NCBI GenBank assembly: GCA_964035545.1
Contig: OZ037768.1
Location: 11,254,741-11,318,740, forward strand
Source: Bugula neritina
Taxonomy: Eukaryota; Animalia; Bryozoa
DNA length: 64,000 nt
Direction of reading: 5' to 3'
Shown piece after piece: positions 52,957-64,000 of the stretch. The position numbers and the translations under genes are program-made. A model generated the notes under the pieces. The model searched no databases, was not told the origin of the DNA, and worked only from the letters and a program-made list of their open reading frames with translations. Numbering within the stretch: the first letter of the stretch is position 1; every line of letters starts with the position of its first letter.

Positions 52957-53075
52957 AGTCTACAGCACCTGGTATTCCCAGGCGGTCACCCATCCAAGTA
53001 CTAACCAGGCTCGACGTTGCTTAGCTTCAGTGATCGGACGAGAACTGGCGTTTTCAACGTGATATGGCCGTAGAC
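52957..53075 (-). rRNA. 5S rRNA (copy 68)
   Basis: Matches copy 1. Confidence 0.98.
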
Positions 53076-53745
53076 AACAGTGCACCCTTCGCAGCGATAC
53101 TGGCTGAAGAATTAGCGGGGCGCGCTCGAGCGTGCAAGCACGTTGGTGATGCAGTGGCTGCAGTGCGCATTGCCTACTCACACTCTGCAGGTCACAACAC
53201 CAGTCATGATATTATTATAGCTTAATGCACAGCAAAGGTTTAAAATAAGCAGGCCTGAGAGGGGGCAAGACGAGAGTCGCGACACCACGGCACACAACTG
53301 GAGAGTTGCGCAAAATCTCCGCGTCACATTCGTGTGACTTTCAGGATGTGTGCTGTAGCATTGATTGAGATGAGTTTTGAAAGCATTTGCACATGTATAT
53401 CAGGCAATTTAATTTTGGAATTATTTCAACACTGCATTAGAGTTGATTAAATAAAATATTATTCTTGAGAAAGTCTTAAACAATTCTTTTTTGGAATTTG
53501 TGAAGCCATGCATCAGAAGAAATTCAAAAAGAATTTCAAAAATAAAAACATGTAATAAAAAGCAAGAATGATATAATATAATATTATTTTTTGGAAAGGA
53601 ATGTTAAATATTCCATTTGAGTTAGTGTGTTGAAAAACATTTCACATCAGCAAGTTGGAAGAAATAATATTCGAGTAACTGATCATAATATTACTATTGC
53701 GTGTTGCTAATGTTTTTGTGTTTGAGGAGAGAAAAAAGAAAAAAA

Positions 53746-53864
53746 AGTCTACAGCACCTGGTATTCCCAGGCGGTCACCCATCCAAGTACTAACCAGGCT
53801 CGACGTTGCTTAGCTTCAGTGATCGGACGAGAACTGGCGTTTTCAACGTGATATGGCCGTAGAC
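53746..53864 (-). rRNA. 5S rRNA (copy 69)
   Basis: Matches copy 1. Confidence 0.98.
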
Positions 53865-54534
53865 AACAGTGCACCCTTCGCAGCGATACTGGCTGAAGAA
53901 TTAGCGGGGCGCGCTCGAGCGTGCAAGCACGTTGGTGATGCAGTGGCTGCAGTGCGCATTGCCTACTCACACTCTGCAGGTCACAACACCAGTCATGGTA
54001 TTATTATAGCTTAATGCACAGCAAAGGTTTAAAATAAGCAGGCCTGAGAGGGGGCAAGACGAGAGTCGCGACACCACGGCACACAACTGGAGAGTTGCGC
54101 AAAATCTCCGCGTCACATTCGTGTGACTTTCAGGATGTGTGCTGTAGCTTTGATTGAGATGAGTTTTGAAAGCATTTGCACATGTATATCAGGCAATTTA
54201 ATTTTGGAATTATTTCAACACTGCATTAGAGTTGATTAAATAAAATATTATTCTTGAGAAAGTCTTAAACAATTCTTTTTTGGAATTTGTGAAGCCATGC
54301 ATCAGAAGAAAATCAAAAAGAATTTCAAAAATAAAAACATGTAATAAAAAGCAAGAATGATATAATATAATATTATTTTTTGGAAAGGAATGTTAAATAT
54401 TCCATTTGAGTTAGTGTGTTGAAAAACATTTCACATCAGCAAGTTGGAAGAAATAATATTCAAGTAACTGATCATAATATTACTATTGCGTGTTGCTAAT
54501 GTTTTTGTGTTTGAGGAGAGAAAAAAGAAAAAAA

Positions 54535-54653
54535 AGTCTACAGCACCTGGTATTCCCAGGCGGTCACCCATCCAAGTACTAACCAGGCTCGACGTTGCTT
54601 AGCTTCAGTGATCGGACGAGAACTGGCGTTTTCAACGTGATATGGCCGTAGAC
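54535..54653 (-). rRNA. 5S rRNA (copy 70)
   Basis: Matches copy 1. Confidence 0.98.
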
Positions 54654-55323
54654 AACAGTGCACCCTTCGCAGCGATACTGGCTGAAGAATTAGCGGGGCG
54701 CGCTCGAGCGTGCAAGCACGTTGGTGATGCAGTGGCTGCAGTGCGCATTGCCTACTCACACTCTGCAGGTCACAACACCAGTCATGATATTATTATAGCT
54801 TAATGCACAGCAAAGGTTTAAAATAAGCAGGCCTGAGAGGGGGCAAGACGAGAGTCGCGACACCACGGCACACAACTGGAGAGTTGCGCAAAATCTCCGC
54901 GTCACATTCGTGTGACTTTCAGGATGTGTGCTGTAGCATTGATTGAGATGAGTTTTGAAAGCATTTGCACATGTATATCAGGCAATTTAATTTTGGAATT
55001 ATTTCAACACTGCATTAGAGTTGATTAAATAAAATATTATTCTTGAGAAAGTCTTAAACAATTCTTTTTTGGAATTTGTGAAGCCATGCATCAGAAGAAA
55101 TTCAAAAAGAATTTCAAAAATAAAAACATGTAATAAAAAGCAAGAATGATATAATATAATATTATTTTTTGGAAAGGAATGTTAAATATTCCATTTGAGT
55201 TAGTGTGTTGAAAAACATTTCACATCAGCAAGTTGGAAGAAATAATATTCGAGTAACTGATCATAATATTACTATTGCGTGTTGCTAATGTTTTTGTGTT
55301 TGAGGAGAGAAAAAAGAAAAAAA

Positions 55324-55442
55324 AGTCTACAGCACCTGGTATTCCCAGGCGGTCACCCATCCAAGTACTAACCAGGCTCGACGTTGCTTAGCTTCAGTGA
55401 TCGGACGAGAACTGGCGTTTTCAACGTGATATGGCCGTAGAC
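55324..55442 (-). rRNA. 5S rRNA (copy 71)
   Basis: Matches copy 1. Confidence 0.98.
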
Positions 55443-56112
55443 AACAGTGCACCCTTCGCAGCGATACTGGCTGAAGAATTAGCGGGGCGCGCTCGAGCGT
55501 GCAAGCACGTTGGTGATGCAGTGGCTGCAGTGCGCATTGCCTACTCACACTCTGCAGGTCACAACACCAGTCATGGTATTATTATAGCTTAATGCACAGC
55601 AAAGGTTTAAAATAAGCAGGCCTGAGAGGGGGCAAGACGAGAGTCGCGACACCACGGCACACAACTGGAGAGTTGCGCAAAATCTCCGCGTCACATTCGT
55701 GTGACTTTCAGGATGTGTGCTGTAGCTTTGATTGAGATGAGTTTTGAAAGCATTTGCACATGTATATCAGGCAATTTAATTTTGGAATTATTTCAACACT
55801 GCATTAGAGTTGATTAAATAAAATATTATTCTTGAGAAAGTCTTAAACAATTCTTTTTTGGAATTTGTGAAGCCATGCATCAGAAGAAAATCAAAAAGAA
55901 TTTCAAAAATAAAAACATGTAATAAAAAGCAAGAATGATATAATATAATATTATTTTTTGGAAAGGAATGTTAAATATTCCATTTGAGTTAGTGTGTTGA
56001 AAAACATTTCACATCAGCAAGTTGGAAGAAATAATATTCAAGTAACTGATCATAATATTACTATTGCGTGTTGCTAATGTTTTTGTGTTTGAGGAGAGAA
56101 AAAAGAAAAAAA

Positions 56113-56231
56113 AGTCTACAGCACCTGGTATTCCCAGGCGGTCACCCATCCAAGTACTAACCAGGCTCGACGTTGCTTAGCTTCAGTGATCGGACGAGAA
56201 CTGGCGTTTTCAACGTGATATGGCCGTAGAC
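56113..56231 (-). rRNA. 5S rRNA (copy 72)
   Basis: Matches copy 1. Confidence 0.98.
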
Positions 56232-56901
56232 AACAGTGCACCCTTCGCAGCGATACTGGCTGAAGAATTAGCGGGGCGCGCTCGAGCGTGCAAGCACGTT
56301 GGTGATGCAGTGGCTGCAGTGCGCATTGCCTACTCACACTCTGCAGGTCACAACACCAGTCATGATATTATTATAGCTTAATGCACAGCAAAGGTTTAAA
56401 ATAAGCAGGCCTGAGAGGGGGCAAGACGAGAGTCGCGACACCACGGCACACAACTGGAGAGTTGCGCAAAATCTCCGCGTCACATTCGTGTGACTTTCAG
56501 GATGTGTGCTGTAGCATTGATTGAGATGAGTTTTGAAAGCATTTGCACATGTATATCAGGCAATTTAATTTTGGAATTATTTCAACACTGCATTAGAGTT
56601 GATTAAATAAAATATTATTCTTGAGAAAGTCTTAAACAATTCTTTTTTGGAATTTGTGAAGCCATGCATCAGAAGAAATTCAAAAAGAATTTCAAAAATA
56701 AAAACATGTAATAAAAAGCAAGAATGATATAATATAATATTATTTTTTGGAAAGGAATGTTAAATATTCCATTTGAGTTAGTGTGTTGAAAAACATTTCA
56801 CATCAGCAAGTTGGAAGAAATAATATTCGAGTAACTGATCATAATATTACTATTGCGTGTTGCTAATGTTTTTGTGTTTGAGGAGAGAAAAAAGAAAAAA
56901 A

Positions 56902-57020
56902 AGTCTACAGCACCTGGTATTCCCAGGCGGTCACCCATCCAAGTACCAACCAGGCTCGACGTTGCTTAGCTTCAGTGATCGGACGAGAACTGGCGTTTTC
57001 AACGTGATATGGCCGTAGAC
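56902..57020 (-). rRNA. 5S rRNA (copy 73, A74G variant)
   Basis: Matches copy 1 except at 56947. Confidence 0.97.
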
Positions 57021-57690
57021 AACAGTGCACCCTTCGCAGCGATACTGGCTGAAGAATTAGCGGGGCGCGCTCGAGCGTGCAAGCACGTTGGTGATGCAGT
57101 GGCTGCAGTGCGCATTGCCTACTCACACTCTGCAGGTCACAACACCAGTCATGATATTATTATAGCTTAATGCACAGCAAAGGTTTAAAATAAGCAGGCC
57201 TGAGAGGGGGCAAGACGAGAGTCGCGACACCACGGCACACAACTGGAGAGTTGCGCAAAATCTCCGCGTCACATTCGTGTGACTTTCAGGATGTGTGCTG
57301 TAGCATTGATTGAGATGAGTTTTGAAAGCATTTGCACATGTATATCAGGCAATTTAATTTTGGAATTATTTCAACACTGCATTAGAGTTGATTAAATAAA
57401 ATATTATTCTTGAGAAAGTCTTAAACAATTCTTTTTTGGAATTTGTGAAGCCATGCATCAGAAGAAAATCAAAAAGAATTTCAAAAATAAAAACATGTAA
57501 TAAAAAGCAAGAATGATATAATATAATATTATTTTTTGGAAAGGAATGTTAAATATTCCATTTGAGTTAGTGTGTTGAAAAACATTTCACATCAGCAAGT
57601 TGGAAGAAATAATATTCAAGTAACTGATCATAATATTACTATTGCGTGTTGCTAATGTTTTTGTGTTTGAGGAGAGAAAAAAGAAAAAAA

Positions 57691-57809
57691 AGTCTACAGC
57701 ACCTGGTATTCCCAGGCGGTCACCCATCCAAGTACTAACCAGGCTCGACGTTGCTTAGCTTCAGTGATCGGACGAGAACTGGCGTTTTCAACGTGATATG
57801 GCCGTAGAC
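57691..57809 (-). rRNA. 5S rRNA (copy 74)
   Basis: Matches copy 1. Confidence 0.98.
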
Positions 57810-58479
57810 AACAGTGCACCCTTCGCAGCGATACTGGCTGAAGAATTAGCGGGGCGCGCTCGAGCGTGCAAGCACGTTGGTGATGCAGTGGCTGCAGTGC
57901 GCATTGCCTACTCACACTCTGCAGGTCACAACACCAGTCATGATATTATTATAGCTTAATGCACAGCAAAGGTTTAAAATAAGCAGGCCTGAGAGGGGGC
58001 AAGACGAGAGTCGCGACACCACGGCACACAACTGGAGAGTTGCGCAAAATCTCCGCGTCACATTCGTGTGACTTTCAGGATGTGTGCTGTAGCATTGATT
58101 GAGATGAGTTTTGAAAGCATTTGCACATGTATATCAGGCAATTTAATTTTGGAATTATTTCAACACTGCATTAGAGTTGATTAAATAAAATATTATTCTT
58201 GAGAAAGTCTTAAACAATTCTTTTTTGGAATTTGTGAAGCCATGCATCAGAAGAAATTCAAAAAGAATTTCAAAAATAAAAATATGTAATAAAAAGCAAG
58301 AATGATATAATATAATATTATTTTTTGGAAAGGAATGTTGAATATTCCATTTGAGTTAGTGTGTTGAAAAACATTTCACATCAGCAAGTTGGAAGAAATA
58401 TTATTCGAGTAACTGATCATAATATTACTATTGCGTGTTGCTAATGTTTTTGTGTTTGAGGAGAGAAAAAAGAAAAAAA

Positions 58480-58598
58480 AGTCTACAGCACCTGGTATTC
58501 CCAGGCGGTCACCCATCCAAGTACTAACCAGGCTCGACGTTGCTTAGCTTCAGTGATCGGACGAGAACTGGCGTTTTCAACGTGATATGGCCGTAGAC
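58480..58598 (-). rRNA. 5S rRNA (copy 75)
   Basis: Matches copy 1. Confidence 0.98.
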
Positions 58599-59268
58599 AA
58601 CAGTGCACCCTTCGCAGCGATACTGGCTGAAGAATTAGCGGGGCGCGCTCGAGCGTGCAAGCACGTTGGTGATGCAGTGGCTGCAGTGCGCATTGCCTAC
58701 TCACACTCTGCAGGTCACAACACCAGTCATGATATTATTATAGCTTAATGCACAGCAAAGGTTTAAAATAAGCAGGCCTGAGAGGGGGCAAGACGAGAGT
58801 CGCGACACCACGGCACACAACTGGAGAGTTGCGCAAAATCTCCGCGTCACATTCGTGTGACTTTCAGGATGTGTGCTGTAGCATTGATTGAGATGAGTTT
58901 TGAAAGCATTTGCACATGTATATCAGGCAATTTAATTTTGGAATTATTTCAACACTGCATTAGAGTTGATTAAATAAAATATTATTCTTGAGAAAGTCTT
59001 AAACAATTCTTTTTTGGAATTTGTGAAGCCATGCATCAGAAGAAATTCAAAAAGAATTTCAAAAATAAAAACATGTAATAAAAAGCAAGAATGATATAAT
59101 ATAATATTATTTTTTGGAAAGGAATGTTGAATATTCCATTTGAGTTAGTGTGTTGAAAAACATTTCACATCAGCAAGTTGGAAGAAATATTATTCGAGTA
59201 ACTGATCATAATATTACTATTGCGTGTTGCTAATGTTTTTGTGTTTGAGGAGAGAAAAAAGAAAAAAA

Positions 59269-59387
59269 AGTCTACAGCACCTGGTATTCCCAGGCGGTCA
59301 CCCATCCAAGTACTAACCAGGCTCGACGTTGCTTAGCTTCAGTGATCGGACGAGAACTGGCGTTTTCAACGTGATATGGCCGTAGAC
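59269..59387 (-). rRNA. 5S rRNA (copy 76)
   Basis: Matches copy 1. Confidence 0.98.
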
Positions 59388-60057
59388 AACAGTGCACCCT
59401 TCGCAGCGATACTGGCTGAAGAATTAGCGGGGCGCGCTCGAGCGTGCAAGCACGTTGGTGATGCAGTGGCTGCAGTGCGCATTGCCTACTCACACTCTGC
59501 AGGTCACAACACCAGTCATGATATTATTATAGCTTAATGCACAGCAAAGGTTTAAAATAAGCAGGCCTGAGAGGGGGCAAGACGAGAGTCGCGACACCAC
59601 GGCACACAACTGGAGAGTTGCGCAAAATCTCCGCGTCACATTCGTGTGACTTTCAGGATGTGTGCTGTAGCATTGATTGAGATGAGTTTTGAAAGCATTT
59701 GCACATGTATATCAGGCAATTTAATTTTGGAATTATTTCAACACTGCATTAGAGTTGATTAAATAAAATATTATTCTTGAGAAAGTCTTAAACAATTCTT
59801 TTTTGGAATTTGTGAAGCCATGCATCAGAAGAAATTCAAAAAGAATTTCAAAAATAAAAACATGTAATAAAAAGCAAGAATGATATAATATAATATTATT
59901 TTTTGGAAAGGAATGTTAAATATTCCATTTGAGTTAGTGTGTTGAAAAACATTTCACATCAGCAAGTTGGAAGAAATAATATTCGAGTAACTGATCATAA
60001 TATTACTATTGCGTGTTGCTAATGTTTTTGTGTTTGAGGAGAGAAAAAAGAAAAAAA

Positions 60058-60176
60058 AGTCTACAGCACCTGGTATTCCCAGGCGGTCACCCATCCAAGT
60101 ACTAACCAGGCTCGACGTTGCTTAGCTTCAGTGATCGGACGAGAACTGGCGTTTTCAACGTGATATGGCCGTAGAC
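60058..60176 (-). rRNA. 5S rRNA (copy 77)
   Basis: Matches copy 1. Confidence 0.98.
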
Positions 60177-60846
60177 AACAGTGCACCCTTCGCAGCGATA
60201 CTGGCTGAAGAATTAGCGGGGCGCGCTCGAGCGTGCAAGCACGTTGGTGATGCAGTGGCTGCAGTGCGCATTGCCTACTCACACTCTGCAGGTCACAACA
60301 CCAGTCATGATATTATTATAGCTTAATGCACAGCAAAGGTTTAAAATAAGCAGGCCTGAGAGGGGGCAAGACGAGAGTCGCGACACCACGGCACACAACC
60401 GGAGAGTTGCGCAAAATCTCCGCGTCACATTCGTGTGACTTTCAGGATGTGTGCTGTAGCATTGATTGAGATGAGTTTTGAAAGCATTTGCACATGTATA
60501 TCAGGCAATTTAATTTTGGAATTATTTCAACACTGCATTAGAGTTGATTAAATAAAATATTATTCTTGAGAAAGTCTTAAACAATTCTTTTTTGGAATTT
60601 GTGAAGCCATGCATCAGAAGAAATTCAAAAAGAATTTCAAAAATAAAAACATGTAATAAAAAGCAAGAATGATATAATATAATATTATTTTTTGGAAAGG
60701 AATGTTAAATATTCCATTTGAGTTAGTGTGTTGAAAAACATTTCACATCAGCAAGTTGGAAGAAATAATATTCGAGTAACTGATCATAATATTACTATTG
60801 CGTGTTGCTAATGTTTTTGTGTTTGAGGAGAGAAAAAAGAAAAAAA

Positions 60847-60965
60847 AGTCTACAGCACCTGGTATTCCCAGGCGGTCACCCATCCAAGTACTAACCAGGC
60901 TCGACGTTGCTTAGCTTCAGTGATCGGACGAGAACTGGCGTTTTCAACGTGATATGGCCGTACAC
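60847..60965 (-). rRNA. 5S rRNA (copy 78, C3G variant)
   Basis: Matches copy 1 except at 60963. Confidence 0.96.
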
Positions 60966-61635
60966 AACAGTGCACCCTTCGCAGCGATACTGGCTGAAGA
61001 ATTAGCGGGGCGCGCTCGAGCGTGCAAGCACGTTGGTGATGCAGTGGCTGCAGTGCGCATTGCCTACTCACACTCTGCAGGTCACAACACCAGTCATGAT
61101 ATTATTATAGCTTAATGCACAGCAAAGGTTTAAAATAAGCAGGCCTGAGAGGGGGCAAGACGAGAGTCGCGACACCACGGCACACAACTGGAGAGTTGCG
61201 CAAAATCTCCGCGTCACATTCGTGTGACTTTCAGGATGTGTGCTGTAGCATTGATTGAGATGAGTTTTGAAAGCATTTGCACATGTATATCAGGCAATTT
61301 AATTTTGGAATTATTTCAACACTGCATTAGAGTTGATTAAATAAAATATTATTCTTGAGAAAGTCTTAAACAATTCTTTTTTGGAATTTGTGAAGCCATG
61401 CATCAGAAGAAATTCAAAAAGAATTTCAAAAATAAAAATATGTAATAAAAAGCAAGAATGATATAATATAATATTATTTTTTGGAAAGGAATGTTGAATA
61501 TTCCATTTGAGTTATTGTGTTGAAAAACATTTCACATCAGCAAGTTGGAAGAAATATTATTCAAGTAACTGATCATAATATTACTATTGCGTGTTGCTAA
61601 TGTTTTTGTGTTTGAGGAGAGAAAAAAGAAAAAAA

Positions 61636-61754
61636 AGTCTACAGCACCTGGTATTCCCAGGCGGTCACCCATCCAAGTACTAACCAGGCTCGACGTTGCT
61701 TAGCTTCAGTGATCGGACGAGAACTGGCGTTTTCAACGTGATATGGCCGTAGAC
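61636..61754 (-). rRNA. 5S rRNA (copy 79)
   Basis: Matches copy 1. Confidence 0.98.
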
Positions 61755-62424
61755 AACAGTGCACCCTTCGCAGCGATACTGGCTGAAGAATTAGCGGGGC
61801 GCGCTCGAGCGTGCAAGCACGTTGGTGATGCAGTGGCTGCAGTGCGCATTGCCTACTCACACTCTGCAGGTCACAACACCAGTCATGATATTATTATAGC
61901 TTAATGCACAGCAAAGGTTTAAAATAAGCAGGCCTGAGAGGGGGCAAGACGAGAGTCGCGACACCACGGCACACAACTGGAGAGTTGCGCAAAATCTCCG
62001 CGTCACATTCGTGTGACTTTCAGGATGTGTGCTGTAGCTTTGATTGAGATGAGTTTTGAAAGCATTTGCACATGTATATCAGGCAATTTAATTTTGGAAT
62101 TATTTCAACACTGCATTAGAGTTGATTAAATAAAATATTATTCTTGAGAAAGTCTTAAACAATTCTTTTTTGGAATTTGTGAAGCCATGCATCAGAAGAA
62201 ATTCAAAAAGAATTTCAAAAATAAAAATATGTAATAAAAAGCAAGAATGATATAATATAATATTATTTTTTGGAAAGGAATGTTGAATATTCCATTTGAG
62301 TTATTGTGTTGAAAAACATTTCACATCAGCAAGTTGGAAGAAATATTATTCAAGTAACTGATCATAATATTACTATTGCGTGTTGCTAATGTTTTTGTGT
62401 TTGAGGAGAGAAAAAAGAAAAAAA

Positions 62425-62543
62425 AGTCTACAGCACCTGGTATTCCCAGGCGGTCACCCATCCAAGTACTAACCAGGCTCGACGTTGCTTAGCTTCAGTG
62501 ATCGGACGAGAACTGGCGTTTTCAACGTGATATGGCCGTAGAC
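62425..62543 (-). rRNA. 5S rRNA (copy 80)
   Basis: Matches copy 1. Confidence 0.98.
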
Positions 62544-63213
62544 AACAGTGCACCCTTCGCAGCGATACTGGCTGAAGAATTAGCGGGGCGCGCTCGAGCG
62601 TGCAAGCACGTTGGTGATGCAGTGGCTGCAGTGCGCATTGCCTACTCACACTCTGCAGGTCACAACACCAGTCATGATATTATTATAGCTTAATGCACAG
62701 CAAAGGTTTAAAATAAGCAGGCCTGAGAGGGGGCAAGACGAGAGTCGCGACACCACGGCACACAACTGGAGAGTTGCGCAAAATCTCCGCGTCACATTCG
62801 TGTGACTTTCAGGATGTGTGCTGTAGCTTTGATTGAGATGAGTTTTGAAAGCATTTGCACATGTATATCAGGCAATTTAATTTTGGAATTATTTCAACAC
62901 TGCATTAGAGTTGATTAAATAAAATATTATTCTTGAGAAAGTCTTAAACAATTCTTTTTTGGAATTTGTGAAGCCATGCATCAGAAGAAATTCAAAAAGA
63001 ATTTCAAAAATAAAAATATGTAATAAAAAACAAGAATGATATAATATAATATTATTTTTTGGAAAGGAATGTTGAATATTCCATTTGAGTTATTGTGTTG
63101 AAAAACATTTCACATCAGCAAGTTGGAAGAAATATTATTCAAGTAACTGATCATAATATTACTATTGCGTGTTGCTAATGTTTTTGTGTTTGAGGAGAGA
63201 AAAAAGAAAAAAA

Positions 63214-63332
63214 AGTCTACAGCACCTGGTATTCCCAGGCGGTCACCCATCCAAGTACTAACCAGGCTCGACGTTGCTTAGCTTCAGTGATCGGACGAGA
63301 ACTGGCGTTTTCAACGTGATATGGCCGTAGAC
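63214..63332 (-). rRNA. 5S rRNA (copy 81)
   Basis: Matches copy 1. Confidence 0.98.
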
Positions 63333-64000
63333 AACAGTGCACCCTTCGCAGCGATACTGGCTGAAGAATTAGCGGGGCGCGCTCGAGCGTGCAAGCACGT
63401 TGGTGATGCAGTGGCTGCAGTGCGCATTGCCTACTCACACTCTGCAGGTCACAACACCAGTCATGATATTATTATAGCTTAATGCACAGCAAAGGTTTAA
63501 AATAAGCAGGCCTGAGAGGGGGCAAGACGAGAGTCGCGACATCACGGCACACAACTGGAGAGTTGCGCAAAATCTCCGCGTCACATTCGTGTGACTTTCA
63601 GGATGTGTGCTGTAGCATTGATTGAGATGAGTTTTGAAAGCATTTGCACATGTATATCAGGCAATTTAATTTTGGAATTATTTCAACACTGCATTAGAGT
63701 TGATTAAATAAAATATTATTCTTGAGAAAGTCTTAAACAATTCTTTTTTGGAATTTGTGAAGCCATGCATCAGAAGAAATTCAAAAAGAATTTCAAAAAT
63801 AAAAATATGTAATAAAAAGCAAGAATGATATAATATAATATTATTTTTTGGAAAGGAATGTTGAATATTCCATTTGAGTTAGTGTGTTGAAAAACATTTC
63901 ACATCAGCAAGTTGGAAGAAATATTATTCAAGTAACTGATCATAATATTACTATTGCGTGTTGCTAATGTTTTTGTGTTTGAGGAGAGAAAAAAGAAAAA

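Larger units (their letters stand above)
39008..53001. repeat. 9-unit (7101-bp) higher-order tandem duplication
   Basis: Order of SNP haplotypes in units 51-58 is repeated exactly in units 60-67. Confidence 0.8.
1..64000 (-). repeat. 5S rDNA tandem array, 789-bp unit, 81 full units plus a partial 82nd, head-to-tail
   Basis: Sequence and ORF track repeat every 789 bp, except +2 (unit 4), -1 (unit 5) and +4 (gene 14); units are ~99-100% identical. Confidence 0.99.

Noticed and set aside
1-64000. CRISPR array or prokaryotic repeat system
   Set aside because: There are no unique spacers. The entire 789-bp unit repeats and contains a eukaryotic Pol III 5S gene.
1-64000. 5S-targeting transposon insertion, inversion or truncated 5S pseudogene
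   Set aside because: Periodicity is unbroken (largest indel 4 bp), and all 81 genes are full-length and co-oriented.

Overview
The whole 64-kb window is an uninterrupted, head-to-tail eukaryotic 5S rDNA tandem array. It holds 81 complete 5S rRNA genes (~119 nt, all on the minus strand) in a 789-bp unit made of the gene plus a ~670-bp spacer, and it ends inside the terminator of an 82nd unit. Each gene has an intact type-1 Pol III internal control region (box A, IE, box C) and a T8CT6 terminator. The 5S sequence looks metazoan and mollusc/bivalve-like; this is from recall and needs a BLAST check. The 73-aa ORF repeated in every unit is a spurious reading frame running through the 5S gene. No protein genes, transposons or CRISPR arrays were found. 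Points of interest: (1) the spacer carries a ~70-nt hairpin whose G-U pairs work only on the plus strand, inside a closing helix and followed by an Sm-like site and a 3' stem-loop. This is a speculative candidate for a second ncRNA transcribed divergently from 5S. (2) A loop-E variant (A74G) recurs in 9 copies on several spacer backgrounds. (3) Four copies carry private structure-altering 5S alleles. (4) Spacer SNPs define 5-, 6- and 9-unit higher-order repeats and spatial haplotype domains. All variants were called by eye, so rare SNPs may have been missed.
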